Positions 19,250-29,264 of a DNA stretch of 64,000 bases are shown in pieces. How positions within the stretch are numbered: position 1 is the stretch's first letter; each line of letters opens with the position of its first letter. The position numbers and the translations under genes were made by a program. Below the pieces are notes generated by a model. The model was not told where the DNA came from and did not search any database. It worked only from the letters and a program-made list of their open reading frames with translations. The stretch spans positions 3,579-67,578 of the IMG/VR virus record IMGVR_UViG_2660238201_000001, one strand, 5' to 3'. The DNA comes from a virus (Duplodnaviria > Heunggongvirae > Uroviricota > Caudoviricetes).

Positions 19250-21553
19250 TTAGATTTTGCATGCGCCATCGCACTCATCTTCTGGCTCAACCAACGCAAC
19301 AGAGGCCAGATCATCGTCTTCACGCTTACCGGCACCATCTCGTGTGTTGTGGTAATAAAGCGTCTTCACGCCTTGCTGATAAGCGAAGAGCAGATCTTCA
19401 AGCAACTTCATCATTGGAACCTTGTCGCCCGGGAAGCGAGTAGGGTCATAGTTGGTGTTGGCTGAAATAGCCTGGTCAAAGAACTTCTGAATGATCGCAA
19501 CTTTGGTCAGATAGCCGCGGTTATCCGGCATATCCCAAAGGTACTCGTACTGATCTTTCAGTGCCGCAAAGTCCGGAACCACCATTTTCACAATGCCGTC
19601 TTTGGATGATTTCACGGAAACAGGGCCACGCGGCGGTTCGATACCATTTGTGGAGTTGGTGATTTGGCTGGACGTTTCGCACGGCATCTGAGCTGTCAGG
19701 GTAGAGTTACGCAGACCATATTCGCGTATGCGGCCACGCAGCTCTTCCCACGGCATTTTCAGCTCAAAGGACGTATCAGGGTTAGCGTCAAGCGACTTGC
19801 GGTAATGGTCAATCGGCAGCTGTCCCTGGGCATATTTAGTTTGGGAAAACCAATCACAGGCGCCTTTGGCTTCCGCCAGCCGGCAACTTGCATCAAGCAG
19901 GTAATACTGGATCGCTTCAAACGTTTCATGCACCAGCTGGTTGCCGGCCGGATCAGAGTAGTTAAATCCGTTCTTCGCCAGATAGTACGCAAGATTGGTA
20001 ACGCCGACGCCCAAACTACGACGTGCTTTTGCCGGAATTTCCGCTGCGGCCATCGGGTAATCCTGATAGTCGAGTAGGGAATCGAGCGCAGCCACCGCAT
20101 AGAAGGCGACCTCTTTCAGCGTGTCCAGTGAGCGTAATGCCCCCAGATTAAACGCAGACAGCGTGCAAAGGGCGATCTCACCATCGGCGTCATCGGTAAA
20201 CGCCAGCGGTTTAGTTGGCAGCGTAATCTCCATGCATAAGTTTGACTGGTGAACTGGAGCGACTTTCGGATCGAAGGCGCCGTGTTCGTTCATATGGTCA
20301 ACGTTCGCAATATACACGCGGCCGGTAGAGGCTCGTTCCTGCATCAGGGTTGAGAACAGATCAACAGCGGGAACGGATTTCTTGCGGATGCTCTCATCAG
20401 CTTCATATTGCAGGTACAGCGCTTCGAATTTGTCCTGATCGACAAAGAAAGCATCATAGAGCCCCGGCACATCATGCGGGCTGAACAGCGTAATATTCTC
20501 GTTGCGTACCAGGCGGCGATACATAAGGCGGTTGATCATTACGCCATAGTCCAGATGACGAACACGGTTCTCCTCGATGCCACGGTTATTCTTCAACACC
20601 AGCAGACTTTCAACTTCCAGATGCCAAATAGGGTAGAAAGCCGTCGCTGCGCCGCCGCGAACGCCACCCTGCGAGCATGATTTCACAGCGGTCTGGAAGT
20701 GTTTCAGAAATGGGATTACGCCAGTGTGGGTTGCTTCTCCATTGCGGATCTCACTCCCCAATGCACGCAGGCGGCCAAAACCAATCCCAATGCCAGCACG
20801 ACGCGACACGTAATCGATAATGGCAGAGGATGCAGCGCTGATCCCTTTCAAACTGTCTTCGGACTCAATCAGAACGCAGCTGGAGAACTGGCGCGTCGGG
20901 GTACGGACGCCGGCCATGATTGGGGTGGGCAGAGACAATTTGAATGTACTGGTGACGTCATAGAACCCCTTCACCATTTCCAGACGTGTTTTGCCGGCAC
21001 AACCATCTTCCCAATTCTGGAAAAGACACATACCCACCAGCATATACAGCTGCTGCGGGGCTTCGTAGATTTCGCCGGTGACTCGGTTCTGGACGAGGTA
21101 CTTACTCGCCAGCTGAACAGTCGCGGCATAACCAAAGAGTTCGTCACGCATGGGTTTGATATACACGCCAAGTTCTGCGATCTCTTCGCGGGAGTAAAAC
21201 TTAAGCAAATCCTCATCGTAAACGCCGCGGCTGACGTTGCTGACGATATGATGATAGAAACTTGGGTAAGCGTATTCGCCGAAGGCATCTTTGCGAATTT
21301 TGAACATGTTCAGGCGTGCTGCGACCTGGGAGTAGTTCGGAGTTTCAGACGAAATCAGATCTGCAGCCGACTTAACCAATGCCTCATGAAGCTGCGAAGT
21401 TGTCATGCCGTCAAAAATGCTCGCGGCGGCGCCCATGGCTACGGCAGAGGCGCTTACGTTACGTATACCTTCTACCCCCCACATCACGACGCGGTTGTAC
21501 TTCTCTTCGGATAGCGGCTCTGTGGAGCCATTACGTTTGACAATCCTTATCAT
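19250..21553 (-). CDS. nrdA: ribonucleotide reductase class Ia alpha subunit
   Basis: 767 aa with an ATP-cone-like N-terminus, active-site NLCMEI and a C-terminal CxxC...CDGACKI tail. Confidence 0.9.
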   Translation of the reverse strand: MIRIVKRNGSTEPLSEEKYNRVVMWGVEGIRNVSASAVAMGAAASIFDGMTTSQLHEALVKSAADLISSETPNYSQVAARLNMFKIRKDAFGEYAYPSFYHHIVSNVSRGVYDEDLLKFYSREEIAELGVYIKPMRDELFGYAATVQLASKYLVQNRVTGEIYEAPQQLYMLVGMCLFQNWEDGCAGKTRLEMVKGFYDVTSTFKLSLPTPIMAGVRTPTRQFSSCVLIESEDSLKGISAASSAIIDYVSRRAGIGIGFGRLRALGSEIRNGEATHTGVIPFLKHFQTAVKSCSQGGVRGGAATAFYPIWHLEVESLLVLKNNRGIEENRVRHLDYGVMINRLMYRRLVRNENITLFSPHDVPGLYDAFFVDQDKFEALYLQYEADESIRKKSVPAVDLFSTLMQERASTGRVYIANVDHMNEHGAFDPKVAPVHQSNLCMEITLPTKPLAFTDDADGEIALCTLSAFNLGALRSLDTLKEVAFYAVAALDSLLDYQDYPMAAAEIPAKARRSLGVGVTNLAYYLAKNGFNYSDPAGNQLVHETFEAIQYYLLDASCRLAEAKGACDWFSQTKYAQGQLPIDHYRKSLDANPDTSFELKMPWEELRGRIREYGLRNSTLTAQMPCETSSQITNSTNGIEPPRGPVSVKSSKDGIVKMVVPDFAALKDQYEYLWDMPDNRGYLTKVAIIQKFFDQAISANTNYDPTRFPGDKVPMMKLLEDLLFAYQQGVKTLYYHNTRDGAGKREDDDLASVALVEPEDECDGACKI

Positions 21554-21564
21554 GTATCACCCAT

Positions 21565-21592
21565 CAAAAAAGGCCACTAAATGTAGTGGCCT
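21565..21592 (-). terminator. intrinsic terminator/attenuator in nrdA leader
   Basis: On the minus strand the hairpin aggccactacatttagtggcct is followed by TTTTTT. It lies between the motif copy and the nrdA ATG. Confidence 0.5.
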
Positions 21593-21628
21593 ATAGTATT
21601 AAATAAGTACTTACCTATCAATTGAGGA

Positions 21629-22198
21629 TTATAAAATCCCTTTAAGAACGTCGCGGACTTGTCGGAACTGGTCTGTCTGCATTCCAGAATATATCGAAGC
21701 TATGGCATCAGCCAGGTGCTCATTCTTGGCAACGAGTACATCTTTCCCCGCTTGTTTCCGACGCAACCAAGGGGCATCAGGCTGTTTTGTAATCGCCCAC
21801 TGGATGATCTCTTCTTTAGATGTGGTCAGTTTATTCCCGACGTAGTGCTTAATTTCATTTGGCGTAACCTGGATAAGTGGCTTATCAACGCAAGCAAGAA
21901 CTCCGATACACACACCGTAAGAAGTCTGCGCGCGAGAGCTTTGACTACCTACCGGCAGTTCACAAAACACTATGTGGGCCTGTTCAATGATGGGCCTGGC
22001 GGTGCGCCAGATCTCTTTGGCCCGGCGCAGATCATCGCTGTTTACTCTGACGGTTTTCTTCGTTCCGCCGGCTTTGGTTTCAACCAGTTCAAGACCATGG
22101 ATTTCAAGTTTGTCTGTATCCAGATCCAGCGTACCAATGGCCAGCCCGAAGTTGCTCATTGAAGGGTCGACGCCAACTACTTTGATCACTTTACTCAT
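21629..22198 (-). CDS. RuvC-like Holliday junction resolvase
   Basis: The N-terminal VVGVDPSMSNFGLAI matches the RuvC/YqgF fold start, with a later acidic residue in FCELPVG. Confidence 0.55.
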   Translation of the reverse strand: MSKVIKVVGVDPSMSNFGLAIGTLDLDTDKLEIHGLELVETKAGGTKKTVRVNSDDLRRAKEIWRTARPIIEQAHIVFCELPVGSQSSRAQTSYGVCIGVLACVDKPLIQVTPNEIKHYVGNKLTTSKEEIIQWAITKQPDAPWLRRKQAGKDVLVAKNEHLADAIASIYSGMQTDQFRQVRDVLKGIL

Positions 22199-22207
22199 AG
22201 AGTTTCC

Positions 22208-22954
22208 TTACCATGTTGCCCATACCGGGCATTCCATTAATTTCTCTTCCAGGGTTTTAACTGGAGACTTGCGAACGGGCTCTGGAATGCGGCTCACCAC
22301 ATGTATGTTGTCACTGGTCAGCACACCATTTTCTATGTCTGCGTCGATCATGCTCTGCCCGATGAAGTAGGACATGATATCTATCAGCTTACGCGCAACC
22401 ATCCCGTTAAAACGAAGTACATAGGGGACAGAGGGCTCAACCATTGCCTTATCGCCATCTTCAGTCTCAAAGCTTAATTTGCCTCTTCCTGGAAATGTCT
22501 CAAGTGTATCGTAATTGAAATCGATGCCAGCAAATGCCTTGCCTGGCATTGCAACCTGCCCAGCACGTGCATTTGCCAGTCGAGTCAGGTTAGTAAACGC
22601 GCTGCTGGTATGCGCCTCTATAGCCCCGTACTGCGCATCATCTTTGATAACCATCTCAGGTGATTCCGGGATCACCACGAACCCAGGCCCAGTGTGTGGA
22701 AGATAGCCACCTTCCGAAAATGGGTTGATCAGAATGGGCGCTGTACTTCCTGACGGCATCGATTTCAGACTTGGCATCAACGGGGTCTTGAAAAGTAGAT
22801 CTTTCAGAGCCGTAAACTGCTCCGTCTCAATATTGAGATTTTGCCAACCGACACCAGGAGCCGCCCCAGCAGCGGTATAGCTGTTAATCAGCCTGAATGA
22901 CTGCATCACAGCAAACATTTGCAAAAACTGCGTGCGGCTAAGATTAAACGACAT
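22208..22954 (-). CDS. hypothetical protein (248 aa)
   Basis: ORF whose start overlaps the sbcC stop. Confidence 0.45.
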   Translation of the reverse strand: MSFNLSRTQFLQMFAVMQSFRLINSYTAAGAAPGVGWQNLNIETEQFTALKDLLFKTPLMPSLKSMPSGSTAPILINPFSEGGYLPHTGPGFVVIPESPEMVIKDDAQYGAIEAHTSSAFTNLTRLANARAGQVAMPGKAFAGIDFNYDTLETFPGRGKLSFETEDGDKAMVEPSVPYVLRFNGMVARKLIDIMSYFIGQSMIDADIENGVLTSDNIHVVSRIPEPVRKSPVKTLEEKLMECPVWATW

Positions 22955-24860
22955 AGCTGCGGCCCTCTTTCACTTCCACTGTGATGGTTTCCCGGAACCA
23001 TGACTTCATTTCTTTGTGAGAAATGATCATCACCGTGCCGCGCTCGCGCGCTTTTGCTTCCAGAATCCCCATCAGACGCTCCAGTCCGGCAGTATCCAGC
23101 GCATCGTCAATTTCATCACCGATAAACAGCTCGATGTTCTTGCTCGCGCGGCTGGCCACCAGATCCTGCAGAGCCAGGGAGCACGCAATGCGCACTTTGC
23201 GTTTTTCGCCACCTGACAATGTCTGGAAGGTTTTGCTGGCGCCGATCTTGCGCACGCTGATATTGAACTTATCGCGCCACTCGCCCTTCTTGGTTGATTC
23301 CATCGTTGACCATTCCGCAACAATGTTTCCGTCTGACAGTGTATTGAGATATTCCGCTGTCTGGGCATTCAGGAAAGGCGTCACGGAGGTCAGGATATGC
23401 GAGCGAACGCCGGCAGGAGAGTAGACCAGGCGCGCTTTATCAAGCAGCAGAGCCTGCTCCTGTATATTCTTTAACTCAGTTTTAAGTACACCATAGTTAG
23501 ATTTATTGGCAGCCAGGCTTTCTTCATGGCGTTTGATGACAGCCAGAAATGGGTTAATTTCTTTGGTAATGCGATCTACTTCGCTCCGCGCCCGGGCAAC
23601 CAAAGCTTCTACAGCCACGACTTCTTTTTCCCGATGACGAAGCGTTCCCAGCTCTTTAGTCAGTTGTTCGATTCGGGAAATAATGGCAGACACATCTGGT
23701 GTACTGGCGACAAGTGATGATTCAATTTTGAGCGCCTTCTCAAGATGCTCTTGGTATTTAGCCACTGACGTTGCAGATGCCTGCGCTTGACTGATCTCAC
23801 TGCGCGCCTGTTCAACAAAACTCTCCTTCACGGTAGACAGATCTTCAACGCAATAAGCCTTGCCACAGGTAGGGCACGGCTCCCCGACTTTGGTATTTAC
23901 TTCTTCCGCTTTCACCTTGAATGCGCGAGCACGTTGCATCGCTTCCTTCTGGATGTTTTCGGTAATGCGGATGCTGGCGCGTATATCAGTGATCGCTCCA
24001 CGAACCTTAACCAGCTTGGCGTCATGTTCTTCTTTGGACGCAAGTTTTTCCCGCTCTTTACCGATGGCATTTTCAGTATCACGGATCTGCTCTGGCAGAC
24101 TGCGCAACTCCATTTCGACCTCAGTGAGCGTGACTTCCGCGCCAACCAGATCGGCACGGGCGACATCAAGCCGTTCGTTGCGGTCTCGCTCCCAGGCTTC
24201 AGAAGAGGTTTTAGCAGACTCCAGCTCATTCTGGGCCGATTCGACCAGAGACAAGCAGGCGTCCATCTTGGTTTTTGTGGTCTCCATGCGTGCGGCAGCT
24301 GCGTTGGCTCGTTCGCGAGCAATCGCGTAGGCTTTGGTGAGACGATCGACGCCGGCAGCCTCTTCTACGATGGTTTTGAGGTTTTTATCCGACATGCCAG
24401 GCAAATCAGGCATCGCCTCCTGACTGGCATAGATCGATGCCATAAATACTTCTTTTGACGCACCGATCAGTCGCTCTACAAACTCCTGGGTGAGCGAATC
24501 TTTACCCTTTGTCATGTCGCCGTCTTCGCCACGGACGATAAGCCGGTTTTTAAATTCCTTATGCTTGCGGTGGCGGATAATGGCGTAGCGTTTACCTTCG
24601 TCTTCAATGGTGACTTTTACGCGACAGTTCTTCTCATGGCCCGTAGAGAGAACGTCGTCTCCTTTAACACCATGGGATGTCTCGCCATAAATACACCACA
24701 TCAAACTATTCATGAGGGTTGATTTACCAGCGCCATTGCTGGCGGCCGATGAGTCCCCGGCATTAACACCCTGGATGAGCACCAGCCCACGCTGATCAAG
24801 CTCGACCTTGGCGTTTGCCAGCGCCATGAAGTTTTCCACTTCGAGCGTTAAAAATTTCAT
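22944..24860 (-). CDS. SbcC/Rad50-like recombination ATPase (gp46-like)
   Basis: Walker A GAGKSTLMNSL, a long coiled-coil containing a CPTCG zinc hook, ABC signature LSGGEKRKV and Walker B LFIGDEIDDALD. Confidence 0.8.
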   Translation of the reverse strand: MKFLTLEVENFMALANAKVELDQRGLVLIQGVNAGDSSAASNGAGKSTLMNSLMWCIYGETSHGVKGDDVLSTGHEKNCRVKVTIEDEGKRYAIIRHRKHKEFKNRLIVRGEDGDMTKGKDSLTQEFVERLIGASKEVFMASIYASQEAMPDLPGMSDKNLKTIVEEAAGVDRLTKAYAIARERANAAAARMETTKTKMDACLSLVESAQNELESAKTSSEAWERDRNERLDVARADLVGAEVTLTEVEMELRSLPEQIRDTENAIGKEREKLASKEEHDAKLVKVRGAITDIRASIRITENIQKEAMQRARAFKVKAEEVNTKVGEPCPTCGKAYCVEDLSTVKESFVEQARSEISQAQASATSVAKYQEHLEKALKIESSLVASTPDVSAIISRIEQLTKELGTLRHREKEVVAVEALVARARSEVDRITKEINPFLAVIKRHEESLAANKSNYGVLKTELKNIQEQALLLDKARLVYSPAGVRSHILTSVTPFLNAQTAEYLNTLSDGNIVAEWSTMESTKKGEWRDKFNISVRKIGASKTFQTLSGGEKRKVRIACSLALQDLVASRASKNIELFIGDEIDDALDTAGLERLMGILEAKARERGTVMIISHKEMKSWFRETITVEVKEGRSYVV

Positions 24861-25135
24861 GCTTTGCCTCGAATTGCTTTAGTCAATTTCTGCCCTTTGC
24901 GAAGGCGGTATTCCGTATGTGCCGGGAAGGAGTTGCGTGACAGGAGGCCACGTTTCGTTAGTTGACCAAGGTAAAACGCCTGTGGATTTCCTTCTGGCGG
25001 ATAGGGCTTCTGGAATAAAACGGGCTTCCCGCTTTCAAGCCGTTTAATCATCTGGATGAAATCCCAGAAATTATTGTGGGAGGAAGTCACTACACCGCCT
25101 CCGCACTTTCCGCTTCGGTGAGGATCTCCTGACAC
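24857..25135 (-). CDS. hypothetical protein (92 aa)
   Basis: Small ORF coupled between sbcD and sbcC. Confidence 0.35.
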   Translation of the reverse strand: MSGDPHRSGKCGGGVVTSSHNNFWDFIQMIKRLESGKPVLFQKPYPPEGNPQAFYLGQLTKRGLLSRNSFPAHTEYRLRKGQKLTKAIRGKA

Positions 25136-26175
25136 AAGGCATTCAGTTTGGTTAGGTCAAATCCACCGTCTGTGTCATGAACGATTTTGCAGTAAGCAGA
25201 AACAGACTCGCCAAGGCTGTCGATTTTGCTGGTCTCTGAGGTACTGGCGGTACCCTCCATCATTGAGCCCTTGCGAATGAAGTTGCATACAACACCTTTC
25301 GCTCCCATGGATTTCAGGACGTTCTGCAGCTTGATGCCTTCCTCATCGTTTTCGACGACGGCCCGGAAGCGCACGTAATTGCCGCGTATCTGCTTGTCAT
25401 CCACATCGTCTTCCAGGTTTACGAATTTCGGCGCCGAGGTTTCGAAATGACTGAACGAGCCGTCAGGGTTCACAATCATGTAGCCCGCCAGCGAACCTAC
25501 GTCCCCCCAGTTTTGGTGCGTCAGCGCGCCGACACTGATAACTCCGGGGATTACCTCCTTGTGGTTGTGGTAATGGCCGGACAGCACCAGGCGAAAGCCT
25601 ATGTCTTTCAGCTCCTGCGCATCGATGCCAACATCAGGCATTGTTGGGATAGCTTTGTTGATGGCGGTATGAATCACGACGTCGTGCAGATCCCCGTCAA
25701 GCCGCGCACGAAGTGCTTTCAGGTCGCTAATTAACTCGGCGTGGTTGTTTCGCCAGCTCACCATATGGACGGTGACGTCACCCAATTTGATGCTGTGTGG
25801 CTTACGACCGCAGACGATCTGTACACCAATCGACTTCAGCGCCGCTGCGGCGTTAGCGCTGTAGACAGAGTCGTTTGTTTCCAGGTCATGGTTGCCGGCC
25901 AGCATAGCAACGCTGAGCCCCAGATCTTTGACGATCCACTCATAGGCATCGGAGACGTAGTTGAGTACGGTAGGGGATACGGTTCCGCGGACGTGGAATG
26001 TGTCGCCGGCCACCAGCATGTGGCTGCAGCCCGCTTTTTTCATAGCTATGGCCGCTTCTTTTGTGGCCTCCAGCTGAATGGCCAGCCTAGAGTTGAGACC
26101 ATCTGCATCGGTCGTCGAGAATGAATCCCATTTGTGATAATGGGGATCGGAGATCACCCCATATGGCAACGTCAT
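25090..26175 (-). CDS. SbcD/Mre11-like nuclease (gp47-like)
   Basis: Phosphoesterase motifs ISDPHY, VAGDTFH, GNHD and SGHYH are present. Confidence 0.8.
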   Translation of the reverse strand: MTLPYGVISDPHYHKWDSFSTTDADGLNSRLAIQLEATKEAAIAMKKAGCSHMLVAGDTFHVRGTVSPTVLNYVSDAYEWIVKDLGLSVAMLAGNHDLETNDSVYSANAAAALKSIGVQIVCGRKPHSIKLGDVTVHMVSWRNNHAELISDLKALRARLDGDLHDVVIHTAINKAIPTMPDVGIDAQELKDIGFRLVLSGHYHNHKEVIPGVISVGALTHQNWGDVGSLAGYMIVNPDGSFSHFETSAPKFVNLEDDVDDKQIRGNYVRFRAVVENDEEGIKLQNVLKSMGAKGVVCNFIRKGSMMEGTASTSETSKIDSLGESVSAYCKIVHDTDGGFDLTKLNALCQEILTEAESAEAV

Positions 26176-26363
26176 GTGTATTTTCCTTTGTGGTTATTTT
26201 GATATAGATTCTAAGCATGTAAAACAGGCCAGCAACCAAGTAAACACGGCACATTAGAAAATCTACAGGCGGGATATTATGGCAAAATAGATAAGTAAGT
26301 ACATACCTATTTTTATAAGGTAGAGCTAGACCCTTAAGTAAGATCTAGGCTCTAGGTGTGGTC

Positions 26364-26858
26364 TCAGCGTGGGTTGCGGAAAAGCAGTTGAGTACCTGTG
26401 GGGCTGGTATCAACAAGGTGAAAACCTCGGCGTTTAAGCATTTCAGCCATTTTTGTCGATTTGACGTAACACTTTGCCATCATTGGTAGTGGTGCGTTTG
26501 AGTCAATCATATCCGACAGGAACATCGAACCATATCCTTTACCCTGCATAGATTTGGTGATACAGAAGGTACGGAGTTCAAGACGTTGATATCCAGCCGG
26601 ATCAATCTCAGGAGTAAACCAGATCAGGCCAATTTTTTTATCGTCTGAACGACGAAGCAGGATGAAGATGAAATGGCCTGACTCACCATTAGCGTCGCGA
26701 ATCTTAATGGCTTCACGCATTTGTTTTTCAAACTTCTTCCCACCGGCTTGCGTGATGATCTCATTTGTAAAGTGACCAAGACGTGCTCCTTCCTCGAATT
26801 CATGCATCAGAAAGGGCATATCAGCCAGAGTAATCTCTCTTGAGTAAAAATCGTCCAT
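26364..26858 (-). CDS. GNAT family N-acetyltransferase
   Basis: Motif A MQGKGYGSMFL (Q/RxxGxG/A) at a GNAT-like length of 164 aa. Confidence 0.55.
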   Translation of the reverse strand: MDDFYSREITLADMPFLMHEFEEGARLGHFTNEIITQAGGKKFEKQMREAIKIRDANGESGHFIFILLRRSDDKKIGLIWFTPEIDPAGYQRLELRTFCITKSMQGKGYGSMFLSDMIDSNAPLPMMAKCYVKSTKMAEMLKRRGFHLVDTSPTGTQLLFRNPR

Positions 26859-26933
26859 ATATCACTCCCTTGGCTTCTCAGATGCATTCTAAGCTACGCT
26901 ATTTTGTATTCGCGTAAAGACCCCTTTGTTCGC

Positions 26934-27578
26934 TTAGGGTTCGTCAGAGAGCTTCTGACGCGCATTTGCGATGCTAAAAACTTCTGCTTTTGGCCGAGGG
27001 TCGACTAAATCGAGTTCTTCTTCGCTGTGATACTCGATATCAAAGTCCCGTTTGATGTGTCTGATGTAAATCGCTGTGAGCAGGCTGTCTTCTTTCAGGA
27101 AGTGGCCATAGGATCGGCGGATCACTTCACCCACTTTTTCGATCTTCTCTCCGCCCATACAGAGGTGATTGAATCGACTGTGCTTTCTCAGCATCTCATC
27201 AACTGGCCCAGAGTAAACTTTATCCACGACACCGAATCGAAGGATCTTCGCAGTATCAGCTTCAACCAGGCAGACAATTTTCCCCTCGGTCAATCTGTCA
27301 CGCCAGGTAACGCCTGAACGCATAGTGTTGAAGTAGGGGGTATCCAGACCGATGATCGGTTTTCGGAATGCCAGCAGCGGTACGTATCTAACACAGCTGT
27401 TCAGGTGGAAGTTAACGCCGGCGTCACGCAACTTGAGTCGGGTCTCGTTGATGTTGCACTTCGAGGCTATGCCACACAGGCTGCAGAGAACCTTCTCGTT
27501 GCTCAGTGTGGAGTTCGATTCTATGGTGTAGGTTCCGTCTTCCAAACGGCGTATCCAACGTGTGCGTTTTAAGTCCAT
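26934..27578 (-). CDS. hypothetical protein (214 aa)
   Basis: ORF immediately adjacent to the origin region. Confidence 0.45.
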   Translation of the reverse strand: MDLKRTRWIRRLEDGTYTIESNSTLSNEKVLCSLCGIASKCNINETRLKLRDAGVNFHLNSCVRYVPLLAFRKPIIGLDTPYFNTMRSGVTWRDRLTEGKIVCLVEADTAKILRFGVVDKVYSGPVDEMLRKHSRFNHLCMGGEKIEKVGEVIRRSYGHFLKEDSLLTAIYIRHIKRDFDIEYHSEEELDLVDPRPKAEVFSIANARQKLSDEP

Positions 27579-27651
27579 GTTCTCGTTTTAGTGATTGTTG
27601 ACCGGAACCACGATAGCTTACTAGGCACATCTGTAATCGCAAATGCCTGTT

Positions 27652-27740
27652 TTACTTATCCACTTATCCACTGGATAGATCCCAATAATAAGATCCCTAT
27701 AACAGATCCCCAAACAGATCCAAAGAGATCCCCGATCGCC
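27652..27740 (+). promoter_or_regulatory. plasmid-type origin element: tandem DnaA boxes + GATC-rich heptamer repeats
   Basis: TTATCCACT occurs twice at 27656-27672, each matching the DnaA-box consensus TTATCCACA at 8/9. It is followed by six GATC sites within 60 bp, five of them in AGATCC(C) heptamers. Confidence 0.6.
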
Positions 27741-27777
27741 GCAGGCCGCGCCACGCCTGGGCTAAGGACTGATCCGT

Positions 27778-27879
27778 GTATGCTGTCAGCGGTAAACGAT
27801 ATGCTGTCAGCGGTACGGTATATGCTGCCAACGGTTTTGTGTATGCTATCAGCGGTAATTGACGTATGCTGTCAGCGGT
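27778..27879 (+). repeat. iteron array A (5 copies, 21-23 bp period)
   Basis: Five direct repeats of (G)TATGCTGTCAGCGGT, two of them degenerate, start at 27779, 27800, 27821, 27842 and 27865. Confidence 0.8.
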
Positions 27880-27899
27880 TAGAACCAAAAGGTATCCAC

Positions 27900-28997
27900 A
27901 TGTCCACAAGAAAGAAAAAAGAGAGCGATATCAAAGAAATACCTGAAGACAACGAAATTCCTGAGGAAGAAGCTCTCACTTTGTACACAGGTGATTTAGT
28001 TCCTAACAGCAACAACACGGTGCAGCCAATCGCTTTAATGCGTCTTGGCCTCTTCGTGCCGACACTCAAAGGAACGAAGAATAGCTCTCGCAACAAGTCC
28101 AACATGATCGACGCATCCAGAGAGCTTGTCCAGCTGGAAGTCGCGCGGTCAGAGGGTTATTCAAACATTAAAATCACCGGTCCTCGACTGGATATGGATC
28201 ATGACTTCAAAACCTGGGTTGGTGTTGTTCGCTCTCTGGCTGAATACGGCGAGCCAACCGGGCGCGTTGAGCTGAGCATCACGAAGTTCGCCAAGTTCTG
28301 CGGCTACCCGTCTTCGCAGATCCGCAAAACCCTGCGAGACCGCCTGACAAACAGCCTGCTCAAGATCATGCGCACGACGTTGTCGTTCCAGCGCACTCAT
28401 GAAGAGAAGAACGTCGACGACACCAACAAGATATCCCTGTTGATGGTTCACCTCATAAACAGCGTTGATTACAACGAGAAGAAAGACTCTATTGTCTTTT
28501 ATGCTGAACCTAAGCTGTCTGAGCTCTATCGCTTTGACCACAAAGTTCTGCTGCAGTTGAAGGTCATCAACAAGCTCCCGCGCAAGGAGACGGCCCAGGC
28601 GCTGTATACTTTCATCGAAAGTCTTCCTCCTAAGCCGGCACCGGTATCTCTTGCCCGGCTGCGCGCCAGGCTCAATCTGAGCACGCGCAACGTCAGTTCG
28701 CAAAACCAGACTATCAGGAACGGATTGAAGTCACTGCAAGAGCTGGGCTATCTCGAATATAGCGAGGTTAAGCGTGGCCGTTCTGTCTACATCCAGATCC
28801 ACAGTCGTAACCCAAAACTGAAAGTAACATCGAGCAAACCTGAGAAGCCAGAGTCGCCTAAGCAGGCAGAAGAAGCGAAGGGTGAAATTGATGCGAAACA
28901 GAACCTCAAAAACAAAATTTCTGAGCTGTCGCAGAACCTGACGCCAGAGAATATCAAGCTGATCGAGATACTTACCAATAGCCTCAAATTGCTTTGA
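27900..28997 (+). CDS. iteron-plasmid replication initiator (Rep) protein
   Basis: A 365-aa plus-strand gene flanked on both sides by iterons. The basic N-terminus MSTRKKK is chosen as start because the upstream in-frame ATGs lie inside iterons. Confidence 0.65.
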   Translation: MSTRKKKESDIKEIPEDNEIPEEEALTLYTGDLVPNSNNTVQPIALMRLGLFVPTLKGTKNSSRNKSNMIDASRELVQLEVARSEGYSNIKITGPRLDMDHDFKTWVGVVRSLAEYGEPTGRVELSITKFAKFCGYPSSQIRKTLRDRLTNSLLKIMRTTLSFQRTHEEKNVDDTNKISLLMVHLINSVDYNEKKDSIVFYAEPKLSELYRFDHKVLLQLKVINKLPRKETAQALYTFIESLPPKPAPVSLARLRARLNLSTRNVSSQNQTIRNGLKSLQELGYLEYSEVKRGRSVYIQIHSRNPKLKVTSSKPEKPESPKQAEEAKGEIDAKQNLKNKISELSQNLTPENIKLIEILTNSLKLL

Positions 28998-29264
28998 TAC
29001 GCTGTCAGCGGTTCAACATATGCTGTCAGCGGTTCTTTTGTCTCAATGTATGCTGTCAGCGGTAAAACGTATGCTGTCAGCGGTACATTTCCACTATCTG
29101 CGGTCTTTATAAATCGACATGGCTAACGTCTAAGAGCAACTGCTGCCCTATAAATGTATGCTGTCAGCGGTGAAAGATATGCTGTCAGCGGTAAAACGTA
29201 TGCTGTGAGCGGTACAAGGTATGCTGCCAGCGGTAATTCACTGGCAACGTATGCTGTGAGCGGT
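28997..29264 (+). repeat. iteron array B (9 copies in two clusters)
   Basis: The repeat (G)TATGCTGTCAGCGGT starts at 28998, 29019, 29049, 29070, 29156, 29178, 29199, 29220 and 29250. Spacing is 21, 22 or 30 bp. The array ends in the palindrome aattcagcactgaatt. Confidence 0.8.

Noticed and set aside
27591-27899. Extended N-terminus of the Rep ORF starting at 27591
   Set aside because: The upstream in-frame ATGs are the ATG inside each iteron (tATGctgtcagcggt). The basic MSTRKKK start at 27900 is the plausible initiation site.
27778-29264. Direct-repeat arrays as a CRISPR locus
   Set aside because: The repeats are about 15 bp with 6-15 bp spacers of irregular length. They flank a Rep gene and lack uniform unique spacers, so they are iterons and not CRISPR.
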